Assembly (NCBI GenBank): GCA_964572615.1
Contig: CAZNGJ010000002.1
Span: forward strand, 1 to 63,497
DNA length: 63,497 bases
Direction: 5' to 3'
From: an uncultured Bacteroides sp.
GTDB lineage: Bacteria; Bacteroidota; Bacteroidia; Bacteroidales; Muribaculaceae
In this document: in pieces, positions 30,690-40,404 of the stretch
Layout of the letters: each line of letters starts with the position of its first letter
How positions within the stretch are numbered: position 1 is the stretch's first letter
The notes under the pieces: model-generated
What the model saw: only the letters and a program-made list of their open reading frames with translations
Database searches by the model: none
What the model was told of the DNA's origin: nothing
Program-made: the position numbers and the translations under genes

Positions 30690-31610
30690 CTAATTTTTCA
30701 GTTCGTACAGCCGACAAACAGCATCGGTGAACGCCTCGGAGTCCATATCGTAGGGGAGATGGTGCAGTGTGAAGCCGCGACGCTCCATACCGCGGAACCA
30801 TGTGCCTTGACGTTTTGCAAACTGGTGTATAGCGATTTCGAGTTCGCGGACCATACTGTCGTAATCCTTCCTACCGGTTACATACTCAGTGAGATACTTG
30901 TATTCCAGTCCGTAGTATATCAGGTCCTCTGGTGCTACGCCGGATTCTATAAGACGGCGAACTTCATCGACCATCCCTGCCTGAAGACGTTGGTGTAGAC
31001 GCTTGCTGATTCGTTCCCGGCGAGCATCACGATCGATATCGACATGCACGATAAGAGCATCCAACGGTACACTGTTCTCCTCGGTAGGGGCCAACTCAGG
31101 ATGTTTGGAATAAAAAGTGGCTATTTCGATGGCGCGTATAGCACGTTTCTTAGTATCGACATCGGTTGTATTATGCAAGCTTTTCATAGCTGCCAGTTGA
31201 TCTGTCAACTCTTCGAGAGAAAACTGTTCGAGCTTATCGCGCAAAGCAGGGTTTTCCGGCACCTCGGGAAGATTAAGCCCTTTAAGCAATGTCTCTACAT
31301 AAAGCCCTGTGCCACCGACAACGACGGGCACTTTGTCGCGTGCTTGAATCTCAGCAATAGCCTGACGTGCATCGCGAGCGTATTCATACAGATTATACTT
31401 ATAGCCTGCCGGGGCTATGTCAATGAGATGATACGGGATGTCTCCATACTCTTCGAGATCTTTTCCCGTACCGAGATCCATCCCTCGATAAATCTGACGT
31501 GAGTCACCACTGACTATCTCTCCGCCTAAGCGGCGAGCCAAGTGAACACCGCGGGCAGTTTTGCCCGATGCGGTGGGACCGACAATTGCTATAATAGGCT
31601 TGGAGTTCAT
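30690..31610 (-). CDS. miaA: tRNA dimethylallyltransferase
   Basis: Start MNSKP overlaps the trkH stop; GPTASGKT, DSRQIY, GGTGLY, FAKRQ. Confidence 0.95.
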   Translation of the reverse strand: MNSKPIIAIVGPTASGKTARGVHLARRLGGEIVSGDSRQIYRGMDLGTGKDLEEYGDIPYHLIDIAPAGYKYNLYEYARDARQAIAEIQARDKVPVVVGGTGLYVETLLKGLNLPEVPENPALRDKLEQFSLEELTDQLAAMKSLHNTTDVDTKKRAIRAIEIATFYSKHPELAPTEENSVPLDALIVHVDIDRDARRERISKRLHQRLQAGMVDEVRRLIESGVAPEDLIYYGLEYKYLTEYVTGRKDYDSMVRELEIAIHQFAKRQGTWFRGMERRGFTLHHLPYDMDSEAFTDAVCRLYELKN

Positions 31611-33085
31611 CTGCGCCAAAATGTGCCGGTTAAAAGAATGAGGATAGTGTAGAGCTCCAAACGGCCAATCAGCATCAACAATGCAAGTACCCACTTGGCA
31701 GGAGCGCAATAGTCGGAGAAGTCACTGCCGTAAAATGCATCGCCTGCTGAAATACCGGTATTGGACACGCACGAAAATGCCGAGAAAAACGAGTGCCCGA
31801 GATTTTCGCCGAACATCATCATGATCAGCGAGCCAATTATAACCACGATAACGTAGATGCACAAGAAGGCTATAACTTTCGAGACAAGGCTATATGGCTG
31901 CACACGACCGTTCAGCTTTACGGCAGTTATCGTGTTGGGATGCACACAGCGACGAACCTCGTTGCTACAGAATTTTGACAGGAATAGGATGCGGTCAATC
32001 TTGGCACCGCCACTTGTCGAGCCGGCACAACCACCGATAAACATCATTACGAAGATCAGACCGAGAATAAAAGTACCCCAGTCAGCAAACCCGTTGACAG
32101 TATAACCGGTTGAGGTAAACATCGAAACTATCTGAAAGAGTGGCTTTATAGTAAGTATCTGCCAGTCAGCGAATCCGTATCGAATGCAGTTGCTGATTGC
32201 AAAGAGGGCGTACGTAACAAGTATGGCCAGTGTGAACACACGCAGTACTTCGTTTCGCCACACAACGCGGGGGCCTTGATAAATCGATCGTATTATAAGG
32301 GCGAAATTGATGCCTCCCAAGTACATGAATACCGTAAGAACAACGTAGATGTACACCGAGGAGTAGGCAGAAACGCCACCCTCGAAACTCGAATAGCCTC
32401 CCGTCGACATTGTTCCAAAAGCATGGCAAATGCTGTCGAACCAGTTCATCGGTCCGGCCCAGAGACAAAAGAAAGCGAGGATGGTCAGACAGATATAAGT
32501 CATCCACAACATTTTGGCTGTCTGCGATATACGCGGTCTTACCTTGTCGTGTGTTATACCGGTTACTTCAGCATTGAACATCTGCATACCTCCGGACGAA
32601 TTGAGCATCGGGACAACAGCAAGCGTGAATAGGATGATACCCATGCCGCCTATCCATTGTGTCAGAGCGCGCCATAAGTGCATGCCGTGGTCTATTCGCA
32701 AGCCATCGGGTAATACACTCGCTCCGGTAGTAGTGAAGCCGGCCATCGACTCGAAGAAGGCATCTGTAACCGTTGTTCCGGGCAGGTTGATTAGGAATGG
32801 TATCATGCCAAAAAGAGAGAATACAATCCAGACAGAGCCCGTCAGGAGAAAACCCTCGCGTCGGCCCATGTGTGAATACCGTGGACGTATACGTTTCGTC
32901 ATCAAGAGGCCGCAAAGAAATGTGAATCCTGCGGATATGGCAAATCCCAACCAGTCCGAATCGTGACAGACGAACGACACTATGATCGGAAAAATCATGA
33001 AGCCGGATTCGATCATGACAAGCCAGCCCATGGTTTTGAGTAGCATGGGATAGTTGATAAGTGGTCGATCGACAGTGCGGCGCAT
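31607..33085 (-). CDS. trkH: Trk potassium uptake membrane protein
   Basis: GFTTTGA, QWIGGMG, STGG and GGCAGSTSGGAK pore motifs. Confidence 0.96.
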   Translation of the reverse strand: MRRTVDRPLINYPMLLKTMGWLVMIESGFMIFPIIVSFVCHDSDWLGFAISAGFTFLCGLLMTKRIRPRYSHMGRREGFLLTGSVWIVFSLFGMIPFLINLPGTTVTDAFFESMAGFTTTGASVLPDGLRIDHGMHLWRALTQWIGGMGIILFTLAVVPMLNSSGGMQMFNAEVTGITHDKVRPRISQTAKMLWMTYICLTILAFFCLWAGPMNWFDSICHAFGTMSTGGYSSFEGGVSAYSSVYIYVVLTVFMYLGGINFALIIRSIYQGPRVVWRNEVLRVFTLAILVTYALFAISNCIRYGFADWQILTIKPLFQIVSMFTSTGYTVNGFADWGTFILGLIFVMMFIGGCAGSTSGGAKIDRILFLSKFCSNEVRRCVHPNTITAVKLNGRVQPYSLVSKVIAFLCIYVIVVIIGSLIMMMFGENLGHSFFSAFSCVSNTGISAGDAFYGSDFSDYCAPAKWVLALLMLIGRLELYTILILLTGTFWRR

Positions 33086-33097
33086 ATAGGGGAAGAT

Positions 33098-34432
33098 TTA
33101 TTTGAAGAGTCGTTCGGTACGGTGCAGTGAACCGCTTAATGAGAATACTACTACCGAGTCGCCGGCTTGGAAAACGGTATCGCCACGCACGAGCATACCC
33201 TTGCCGTCACGGATAAATCCGGCGAGTGTAAGTTCACGGCTTAACTTGAGATCCTTAACCGGGATTCCGCAAATCTTCGAGCCGGCCTTAACCTCGAGTT
33301 CGGCAACTTCGGCGTCCGTAAGCGCAAGGCACTTCGGCGACGACGAATCAGTGTCGAGCAGTAACTGAAATATCGAACTCGATGCGAGGAGTTTCTTATT
33401 GATAATCGTTCCAATGTTGAGGCCTTCAGCTTGACTGATGTAGTGGATATTCTCAACCTCAGCAATGGTTTTGCGTACACCAAGTTCCTTGGCGGTCATA
33501 CAGGTGAGGATATTGGCCTCGGAATTGCCCGTCAAGGCTACAAAAGCGTCAACCTCCTCAATTCCTTCGTCGACGAGCAACTCGACATCGCGTGCATCTC
33601 CATGGACAATTTCGCAGTCCGGGCAGCGTTCTGCCAAAGCCCGGCAGACGGCAATGTTGTTGTCGATTATCTTGATCTTGAACTCACGGCCAACCATATT
33701 AGCGAGGCGAATGGCGATTTTGCCGCCTCCCATCACCATAATTCTGCGTATATGGTGACTTGTTTTGCCGGTCAGCTGCAGCAGGTCGTCAACGTGCTCA
33801 CGGTTACAGGTGAAATACAGGATATCGTCTTCGAGCAACTCGTCGTTACCACCGGGGATGATGGTATCGTGGCCGCGTTTGATTGCCGAAACGTGAAAAC
33901 CCGAATTCACGGACGCAAAATCGCGTAGTTTCATGCCGGCTATAGGCGCGCCCTCATGGAGTTTAACACCAATGACTATGATTTCACCATTGTGAAGTTC
34001 GAACCAGTGCCGAACCCACGATCGACGCAGAGCCGTGACGATTTCTTCTGCCGCCAGATATTCCGGGTAGATAACATGGTCAACACCCATCTGGTCGAGT
34101 AACAGACGGTTATCCGGTTCCATAAAGTCATATGTGTTGATACGTGCTACTGTTGCCTTAGCTCCGAGCTTCTTAGCCATAGCACAAGCCACGACGTTGT
34201 CGTTTTCGGATGGTGTTACAGCTATGAACAGATCACAACTGTGCATCCGCGCTTCGCGCATCGTTTGAAACGATGTCGGGCTCCCTTGGAGTGTCATCAG
34301 GTTATAATTCGAGTCGAGGAATTGCAGTTTTTCCTCATTCTCGTCTATAACCATTATGTCTTGCTCCTCGTGGGTAAGAAGTTTGGCCAGGTGCGTACCT
34401 ACATCGCCGGCTCCTGCTATTATTATGTTCAT
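33098..34432 (-). CDS. trkA: Trk potassium uptake NAD-binding protein
   Basis: Two RCK_N domains (GAGDVG, GGGKIA) and two RCK_C domains. Confidence 0.96.
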   Translation of the reverse strand: MNIIIAGAGDVGTHLAKLLTHEEQDIMVIDENEEKLQFLDSNYNLMTLQGSPTSFQTMREARMHSCDLFIAVTPSENDNVVACAMAKKLGAKATVARINTYDFMEPDNRLLLDQMGVDHVIYPEYLAAEEIVTALRRSWVRHWFELHNGEIIVIGVKLHEGAPIAGMKLRDFASVNSGFHVSAIKRGHDTIIPGGNDELLEDDILYFTCNREHVDDLLQLTGKTSHHIRRIMVMGGGKIAIRLANMVGREFKIKIIDNNIAVCRALAERCPDCEIVHGDARDVELLVDEGIEEVDAFVALTGNSEANILTCMTAKELGVRKTIAEVENIHYISQAEGLNIGTIINKKLLASSSIFQLLLDTDSSSPKCLALTDAEVAELEVKAGSKICGIPVKDLKLSRELTLAGFIRDGKGMLVRGDTVFQAGDSVVVFSLSGSLHRTERLFK

Positions 34433-36399
34433 CGCGCCGAGGTGTTTGGGGTTTTGCTATCTAACAGGTTGGTAGTTGCATCGATGATGGAATCGACATC
34501 CATCTTGCACAGTTGTTGGAGTTGTGCTATCGACCCATGCGTTATGAACGAATCTGGGATACCAATTTTTTTCATCGGGACACATGAGCCGGTTTGAAGT
34601 AGACGGTCTGCAACCGTACTACCCAATCCGCCGGACGTGGTGCCGTCCTCAAGGGTAACGATCGGCATTCCGGCGGTGGCCACCGAGTCCACGATGTCCG
34701 TATCTATCGGCTTGGCATAAATCATGTCGTAAACAGCCGCTGAAACTCCCTTGGCAGCGAGTCGTTCGGAAGCCTCAAGGGCATTAGCTACCATCGGTCC
34801 AAGAGCGAGAAACGCTATGTCGGTGCCTTCACGGAGCAACTGACCTTTACCGACAGGAAGAGTACCATCGACCGCGTATGGATTATCTTCGGGCAACTTG
34901 CTGCCTCCTCGAGGGTATCTTATGGCAAAGGGAGAGGCAGTATGAGCGTAGGCCGTGTCCATCAGCGACCGAAGGGTTGATGCATCGCGGGGAGCTGCGA
35001 CTACCATATTGGGGATGGCGCGAAGATAAGCAATGTCGAGACTTCCATGGTGTGTCATCCCGTCTTCACCAACAAGACCTGCGCGGTCGATGGCAAAGAT
35101 TACGGGCAAACGTTGAATAGCCACATCGTGAATAATGTGATCGTATGCTCGTTGCAAAAAGCTTGAATAGATAGCAACGAAAGGCCGCAAGCCTTCCTTA
35201 GCCAATCCGCCGGCAAATGTCACGGCATGACCCTCGGAAATACCGACGTCGAAAACTCGGTCGGGTAGGGCACTCTGCATGGTCGAAACCGAGGTGCCTG
35301 ATGGCATAGCTGCAGTGATTGCCACAATGTCGTCGTGTTGTTCCGACAGTTCAAGCAATTTATTTCCGAAAACATCCTGGAACTTAAGCCGTTTCTTGCC
35401 ATCGGTCAGAAGTTCGCCTGTCTCGGGGTCGAACTTGCCCGGAGCATGCCAATGAGCAGGATTCTGTTCGGCAGGTTCGAAGCCTTTTCCCTTCGTGGTT
35501 CGTAAATGTAGAATTTTCGGACCTTTCATTTCCTTTATTCCACTGAGAACCTTGACGAGACGGATTACATCATGACCGTCAAACGGCCCGAAATAACGGA
35601 TGTTCAAACCTTCGAAGAGGTTTTGTTCGTTCGCAATAACCGACTTAAGCGAATTATTAAAGCGGGTGATTGTCCCTCGTCGTCGATCGTTAACAAGATG
35701 TAAGTTCTTCATCAACTTGTAGGCGCTGAATCGGAAAGCATTGTACGACTTTGACGTATGGATATGGGTCAGGTACTTATTTAACGCTCCAACATTCCGG
35801 TCGATCGACATATCATTGTCGTTGAGAACTATCAACAGATTATTGGGCGTATTTGCTGCGTTATTGATTCCTTCGAATGCCAAACCGCCACTTATCGAAG
35901 CATCGCCGACAATGGCCACTACATGTCGCTCAGGATCATCTCCCTTCAGGCGAGACGCAATCGCAAAACCAAGGGCAGCCGAAATCGAGTTGGAGGCGTG
36001 TCCGGCTGTAAATGTATCGTATTCACTTTCGTCGGGTGTAGGGAAGCCGCTGAGACCGCCAAAGGTCCGGTTGGTATGGAATCGATCGCGACGACCGGTC
36101 AACAACTTGTGTCCGTACGCCTGATGACCTACGTCCCATACGAGTCGGTCGTAGGGAGTATCGAAAACATAGTGTAAGGCAACAGTCATTTCGACAGCAC
36201 CCATACTGGATGCAAAATGGCCGGGGTTGTGCGACAACTCCGACACGAGAAAGCTGCGTATCTCCCTACATACTTCCGGAAGCTGTTCAACCGGGAGCGC
36301 ACGCAAGTCAGCCGGCGTATCTATCTTCGCCAGCAGAGGATATTGAGTGGCTAATTTATCAGAAGCCTTGGGATCTACTTTTTCTGATTTCTCATTCAT
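34429..36399 (-). CDS. dxs: 1-deoxy-D-xylulose-5-phosphate synthase
   Basis: Start probably MNEKSEK; WDVGHQAY, GDAS...NDN TPP motif, DVGISEGHAV, IDRAG. Confidence 0.97.
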   Translation of the reverse strand: MNEKSEKVDPKASDKLATQYPLLAKIDTPADLRALPVEQLPEVCREIRSFLVSELSHNPGHFASSMGAVEMTVALHYVFDTPYDRLVWDVGHQAYGHKLLTGRRDRFHTNRTFGGLSGFPTPDESEYDTFTAGHASNSISAALGFAIASRLKGDDPERHVVAIVGDASISGGLAFEGINNAANTPNNLLIVLNDNDMSIDRNVGALNKYLTHIHTSKSYNAFRFSAYKLMKNLHLVNDRRRGTITRFNNSLKSVIANEQNLFEGLNIRYFGPFDGHDVIRLVKVLSGIKEMKGPKILHLRTTKGKGFEPAEQNPAHWHAPGKFDPETGELLTDGKKRLKFQDVFGNKLLELSEQHDDIVAITAAMPSGTSVSTMQSALPDRVFDVGISEGHAVTFAGGLAKEGLRPFVAIYSSFLQRAYDHIIHDVAIQRLPVIFAIDRAGLVGEDGMTHHGSLDIAYLRAIPNMVVAAPRDASTLRSLMDTAYAHTASPFAIRYPRGGSKLPEDNPYAVDGTLPVGKGQLLREGTDIAFLALGPMVANALEASERLAAKGVSAAVYDMIYAKPIDTDIVDSVATAGMPIVTLEDGTTSGGLGSTVADRLLQTGSCVPMKKIGIPDSFITHGSIAQLQQLCKMDVDSIIDATTNLLDSKTPNTSAR

Positions 36400-36411
36400 T
36401 AGAAGAACTTG

Positions 36412-36457
36412 AAAAAAAGAGTAAGAGTCCATCTAACATTGGTGTCGAATGGACTCT
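36412..36457 (-). terminator. Possible terminator or attenuator hairpin upstream of dxs
   Basis: AGAGTCCAT / ATGGACTCT stem followed on the minus strand by TACTCTTTTTTT. Confidence 0.5.
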
Positions 36458-36472
36458 AAAAAGAACAGGGCG

Positions 36473-36649
36473 TTAATCCCTGTTCTTTTTAACGTATTTC
36501 TTGTACATGGGCACGAAGATAATAATCCATGATGCCACACATACAAATATTGTGTAAAGAGTGATCGGGCTGTGGTGCAAAATATAGACCACCAATCCCA
36601 GCCATAGAATACCGAGAATAGTAAACCGGATGATATTGGAAGTAGTCAT
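36473..36649 (-). CDS. Small membrane protein (58 aa, two TM segments)
   Basis: MTTSNIIRFTILGILWLGLVVY...ASWIIIFVPMYKKY with a basic tail. Confidence 0.7.
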   Translation of the reverse strand: MTTSNIIRFTILGILWLGLVVYILHHSPITLYTIFVCVASWIIIFVPMYKKYVKKNRD

Positions 36650-36671
36650 ACTCCTTTCAGTCGACTTGATA

Positions 36672-39128
36672 TTACTTCCCAAACAAGCGTTTGAAGAACG
36701 ATTTCTTTTTCTTCTTGCTGTGATGGTGGCTTTCGCCGTCCTCTGCATAGCCGTAGCCGTAACGCGAGCGGTTGGAGCTGTAATAACCGTAGCGACGGTA
36801 CTGGTATGCGCGGCTGCGGGTGTTTACGCTGTTAAGCACGATGTACGACTTGGGCATCTGACCGTTCTTGATGGCCTCGTGAAGGACACGGATACCTTTG
36901 CGTGTCGAATAGTTGGCACGAGTTACGAACAGCTGCACGTCGGTGTGAGGTATGATAAGGAACGAGTCGGAAACAAGTCCTAACGGCGCGGTATCGACGA
37001 TGATGTAGTCGAATTCCTGGCGCAGCTGGTTGAACAGCTCTTCCATACGTTCGCTCAACAGAAGTTCGTTGGGGTTCGGGGGGATAGGACCTGCAGGGAT
37101 AATGTACAGATAAGGATTGATTTCGCTGGGGAAAATAATGTCATTTACGTCAGAAACCTGGTCGGACAGGTAGCTCGTTACGCCGACTCGATTTGACATA
37201 TTGAATTTATGAGCCAGCACGGGACGACGGATGTCGAGACCAAGAACGACAACTTTCTTCTTTGTCAGCGCGTAAGTCATAGCCAGGTTAAGGGCAACGA
37301 ACGTCTTACCTTCACCCGAAATAGCCGAGGTGAGCAGGATGACCTTCTTTTCGCCGGTAGCATTGGCAAAGTTGACGTTGTTACGAAGCAGTCGGAAGAG
37401 TTCGGCCGCACTTGTCGAAACGTTTTCGCCGATAACAACTTCGCCGTCACGGATATCGGCCTTACAGATTTCGCCGATGATGGGCACGTCGGTGATACGC
37501 ATCAGATCTTCTTTCTCCTTGAATTTGGGGAATAGCTGGCGGCGGAGGTAGATGATAACGCCGGGAATAAGGAGACCGATGATTAGGCCGGTAAGGTAAA
37601 TAGTGGGCGTCTGCGGAGCAACCTGAGCCATCACCGACGGGTTGTCGATAAACTGTGCGGTGGGGGTCGCAAGTGTTTTTTGCAGAGCGATTTCTTCACG
37701 TTTTTGCAAGAGGAAAGTGTAGATGTTAGCCTTTACGGACTGGTCGCGGAAGATTTCCTGAAGACCTTTGTCAACGGTCGGCTGGGCTGCCAGTGTGCTG
37801 GCACTGCGGTTTTCGATAGTGGTGATGCCACGACGCTGGTCGGACAGCGAACGCTTGGCCGATTCAAGACTGCGGACAATCTGAGCGCGTTGTTCGCGGA
37901 GCCCGGAGATGAGGCGAACGATAAGATCGGACTCGGCGGTCATATCGCGACGCTGACGGTTGTACTGGTCAATGTCGCGGTTGAACTTCTCAACAGCCAT
38001 ATTAATAGCCTGATTAGATGTAATGGCGGGCAGATGACGGAGATCCTCGAGCGCAGTCGATATTTCGATGCTATTAGCTTCGCTGAGCAGGTCGTTGATC
38101 ACACGTTCCTGTACTAAAAGGTCGTTGATCTGTGTTTCGGTGGTGCTCTTCTGATGCAGGCTCATCGAAATCTGTGCCTCCTGGTTGGCAATATTGTGGC
38201 GTTCGCGATATTCGCGCAGGTTTTCTTCCACGCCTTTCAGTTCGTCCTGGATGTCTTTCAGACGAGCCTGAATGAACTCCTCGGTCTGAATGGCCGAACG
38301 GTTCTTGTCCTCAATGATCTGACGGTTGTAGAAGTAAATGATCATCTTGAGTACATCAGTACCCAAATTAGGAAGGGGAGTAACATAATCGAAGTTTACG
38401 ATGGTCGATGCCTTTTTGGCATATTGCACGTTTAGACTACCGGCCATCGAAGCTGCTACGGCATTGGGATTGCGTATGATGATACGCTGGGCTGCCTTCA
38501 CTTCGTCATAGAGAGGTCCATTAGGCGTCAAGGTCACATTACCTGCAGGCGTTTCGATAGTTGCAAGCAATTTATCCAGCTTGGTAGACTTCTTATAATC
38601 GGGACCGTAGGTTACGCCAACCATCACTTGGTTGTTGGACTTCTTATTGATGTCGAGAGTCAGTACGAATTTGAGGTCGCTTAATGCAGCCGAATCCATG
38701 CTGGCAATGATGGGATTGGTGCGATAGATGGGAACGTCGCACCATTTGCCCACAGCATAATATGAATAAGAGAGTTGCAATGTATCAACAATCTTGAGCA
38801 GCGAGTTTCGCGACTTAAGTATCTCAATTTCCGTTTCGTCGATATATTCCTTCATATCGATCATCGGGTTGTTAGCCGAAAGCGACACTGCGCTGGTCTT
38901 GGTGGCATTGTCATCGTTGATATACACAGCGGCACCCACCTTAAATGTGGGAACAATGGTGCGTATATAACAATATGTAGCCCCAAGACAGATTATCAAG
39001 GACAGTACAAAGAATTTCCAGTTATTAAGATAATCTATCAGCAGACCGGTAAGGTCGAAGCTCTCCTCTTTTATTTCGGCAGATTTATTCTCCGCCTCTT
39101 GATTCCCGTGGTTGTTCATGCTTGCCAT
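36672..39128 (-). CDS. wzc: Polysaccharide co-polymerase / BY tyrosine kinase
   Basis: Two TM segments flank a periplasmic coiled coil; Walker A SGEGKT, DIRRP, VDTAP and a C-terminal Tyr cluster. Confidence 0.95.
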   Translation of the reverse strand: MASMNNHGNQEAENKSAEIKEESFDLTGLLIDYLNNWKFFVLSLIICLGATYCYIRTIVPTFKVGAAVYINDDNATKTSAVSLSANNPMIDMKEYIDETEIEILKSRNSLLKIVDTLQLSYSYYAVGKWCDVPIYRTNPIIASMDSAALSDLKFVLTLDINKKSNNQVMVGVTYGPDYKKSTKLDKLLATIETPAGNVTLTPNGPLYDEVKAAQRIIIRNPNAVAASMAGSLNVQYAKKASTIVNFDYVTPLPNLGTDVLKMIIYFYNRQIIEDKNRSAIQTEEFIQARLKDIQDELKGVEENLREYRERHNIANQEAQISMSLHQKSTTETQINDLLVQERVINDLLSEANSIEISTALEDLRHLPAITSNQAINMAVEKFNRDIDQYNRQRRDMTAESDLIVRLISGLREQRAQIVRSLESAKRSLSDQRRGITTIENRSASTLAAQPTVDKGLQEIFRDQSVKANIYTFLLQKREEIALQKTLATPTAQFIDNPSVMAQVAPQTPTIYLTGLIIGLLIPGVIIYLRRQLFPKFKEKEDLMRITDVPIIGEICKADIRDGEVVIGENVSTSAAELFRLLRNNVNFANATGEKKVILLTSAISGEGKTFVALNLAMTYALTKKKVVVLGLDIRRPVLAHKFNMSNRVGVTSYLSDQVSDVNDIIFPSEINPYLYIIPAGPIPPNPNELLLSERMEELFNQLRQEFDYIIVDTAPLGLVSDSFLIIPHTDVQLFVTRANYSTRKGIRVLHEAIKNGQMPKSYIVLNSVNTRSRAYQYRRYGYYSSNRSRYGYGYAEDGESHHHSKKKKKSFFKRLFGK

Positions 39129-39176
39129 ATTGGTGAATGATTGGTCAAGTATTTAAGCTGGTTGAAAAATCAGATA

Positions 39177-40019
39177 TTAGTTCTTGGTAAGGTTGACGAT
39201 ACCGATGACGAGGGCGGCGACAGAGGATATACCACCGACAACCGAGATTGCTACATTCCAACCCTGATGCATCTGCCATGCATTCTGTTTGGCCGAACGG
39301 TTGGGCTCGATATAGATAAAGTCGTTCTGCTGGAGATTGAAATACGGCGACAGAAGAAGGTCGCGGTCATTGAGGTTTAGGCGATGGATCTCACGGCTTC
39401 CGTCAGAGTTGGTGCGATATAGCAAGATATTGTCACGCTGACCCTTGATGTCAAGGTCGCCTGCAAGTGCGAGCGCTTCGAGGATGTTCATACGCTCGTT
39501 CTTGGAGGTAACAACACCGGGCGACTTCACGGCACCAAGAACAGTAACCTTAAAGTTCATCAGACGGATGTCGATGGTGGGTGGGGTAGTAACATATTTG
39601 GGATAGATCATGCTGCGTATGTCCTCGGCAAGTTCTTCCTTGGTTTTTCCGGCAACATGGATGATACCAAGAACGGGAAAGTCAATGTCACCTTCAGAAT
39701 TTACCAGATAAAAGTCGGTCGAAGTTTCAGCCGAGTTGTTTGATGTCGACGAAGAGTAGTTGACAGTCGAAATCTGACCTTCGGGCGAAATCAGCAGACC
39801 CTTGTTAAACTGAGCTACCGAAGCCATGTTGGACGCAAACACCTTGATGTTGAGCAGGTCGCCGGGGCCCAAGGCCGGGTCGATGCGACTGTTAGATTTT
39901 TGAAGTTCGGATACCGGAAGGTTGTCGACATCCATTAAGTAGGTTACATTCTTGGGTGCGTGACACGAAGTCATGACGGCAAGGGATGCTATTGCCAGAT
40001 AGAAAGCAGACCGTTTCAT
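39177..40019 (-). CDS. wza: Polysaccharide export lipoprotein (OPX/Wza)
   Basis: Lipobox MTSC, GDIDFPVLG, SLBB motif ILEALALAGDL and a C-terminal helix. Confidence 0.93.
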   Translation of the reverse strand: MKRSAFYLAIASLAVMTSCHAPKNVTYLMDVDNLPVSELQKSNSRIDPALGPGDLLNIKVFASNMASVAQFNKGLLISPEGQISTVNYSSSTSNNSAETSTDFYLVNSEGDIDFPVLGIIHVAGKTKEELAEDIRSMIYPKYVTTPPTIDIRLMNFKVTVLGAVKSPGVVTSKNERMNILEALALAGDLDIKGQRDNILLYRTNSDGSREIHRLNLNDRDLLLSPYFNLQQNDFIYIEPNRSAKQNAWQMHQGWNVAISVVGGISSVAALVIGIVNLTKN

Positions 40020-40148
40020 ATTTATTTTAATAGTGATTGATTAGCTTGTTGGATTTTTAAGAATACAATTTTTGCATGAGCATTTGCACTGACATACAGA
40101 CGTTTAAGTCCGATGACTGTATAATCCGCACGAGCGAACCATGCATAA

Positions 40149-40208
40149 TGGCTCATGATAACGTGCAAAATTAACCATTTTTTTTGAATTTAGCAACGTC
40201 ATGAGCCA
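40149..40208 (-). promoter_or_regulatory. wza-wzc promoter flanked by 10-bp inverted repeats
   Basis: TGGCTCATGA (40149-40158) and TCATGAGCCA (40199-40208) enclose TTG-N20-TAATTTTG on the minus strand. Confidence 0.65.
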
Positions 40209-40282
40209 CTCATAAACGATAATTAACATAAACAAGCTGTACATCCACGCCCTCAATAGTTGGTTAATTTAATAAAAATGCG

Positions 40283-40290
40283 TACTTTTG
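40283..40290 (+). promoter_or_regulatory. -7 promoter element for tig
   Basis: TACTTTTG consensus match. Confidence 0.65.
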
Positions 40291-40404
40291 CACTGAATTA
40301 CGGGATTTGACGGGTAACGTAGCTTACGTTATCCGTTGTTGTTGCAAAAATATTTGCACCCGAAAGCTAATTCGAATTAATAATTAACTAAAATAGCTAT
40401 TAAA

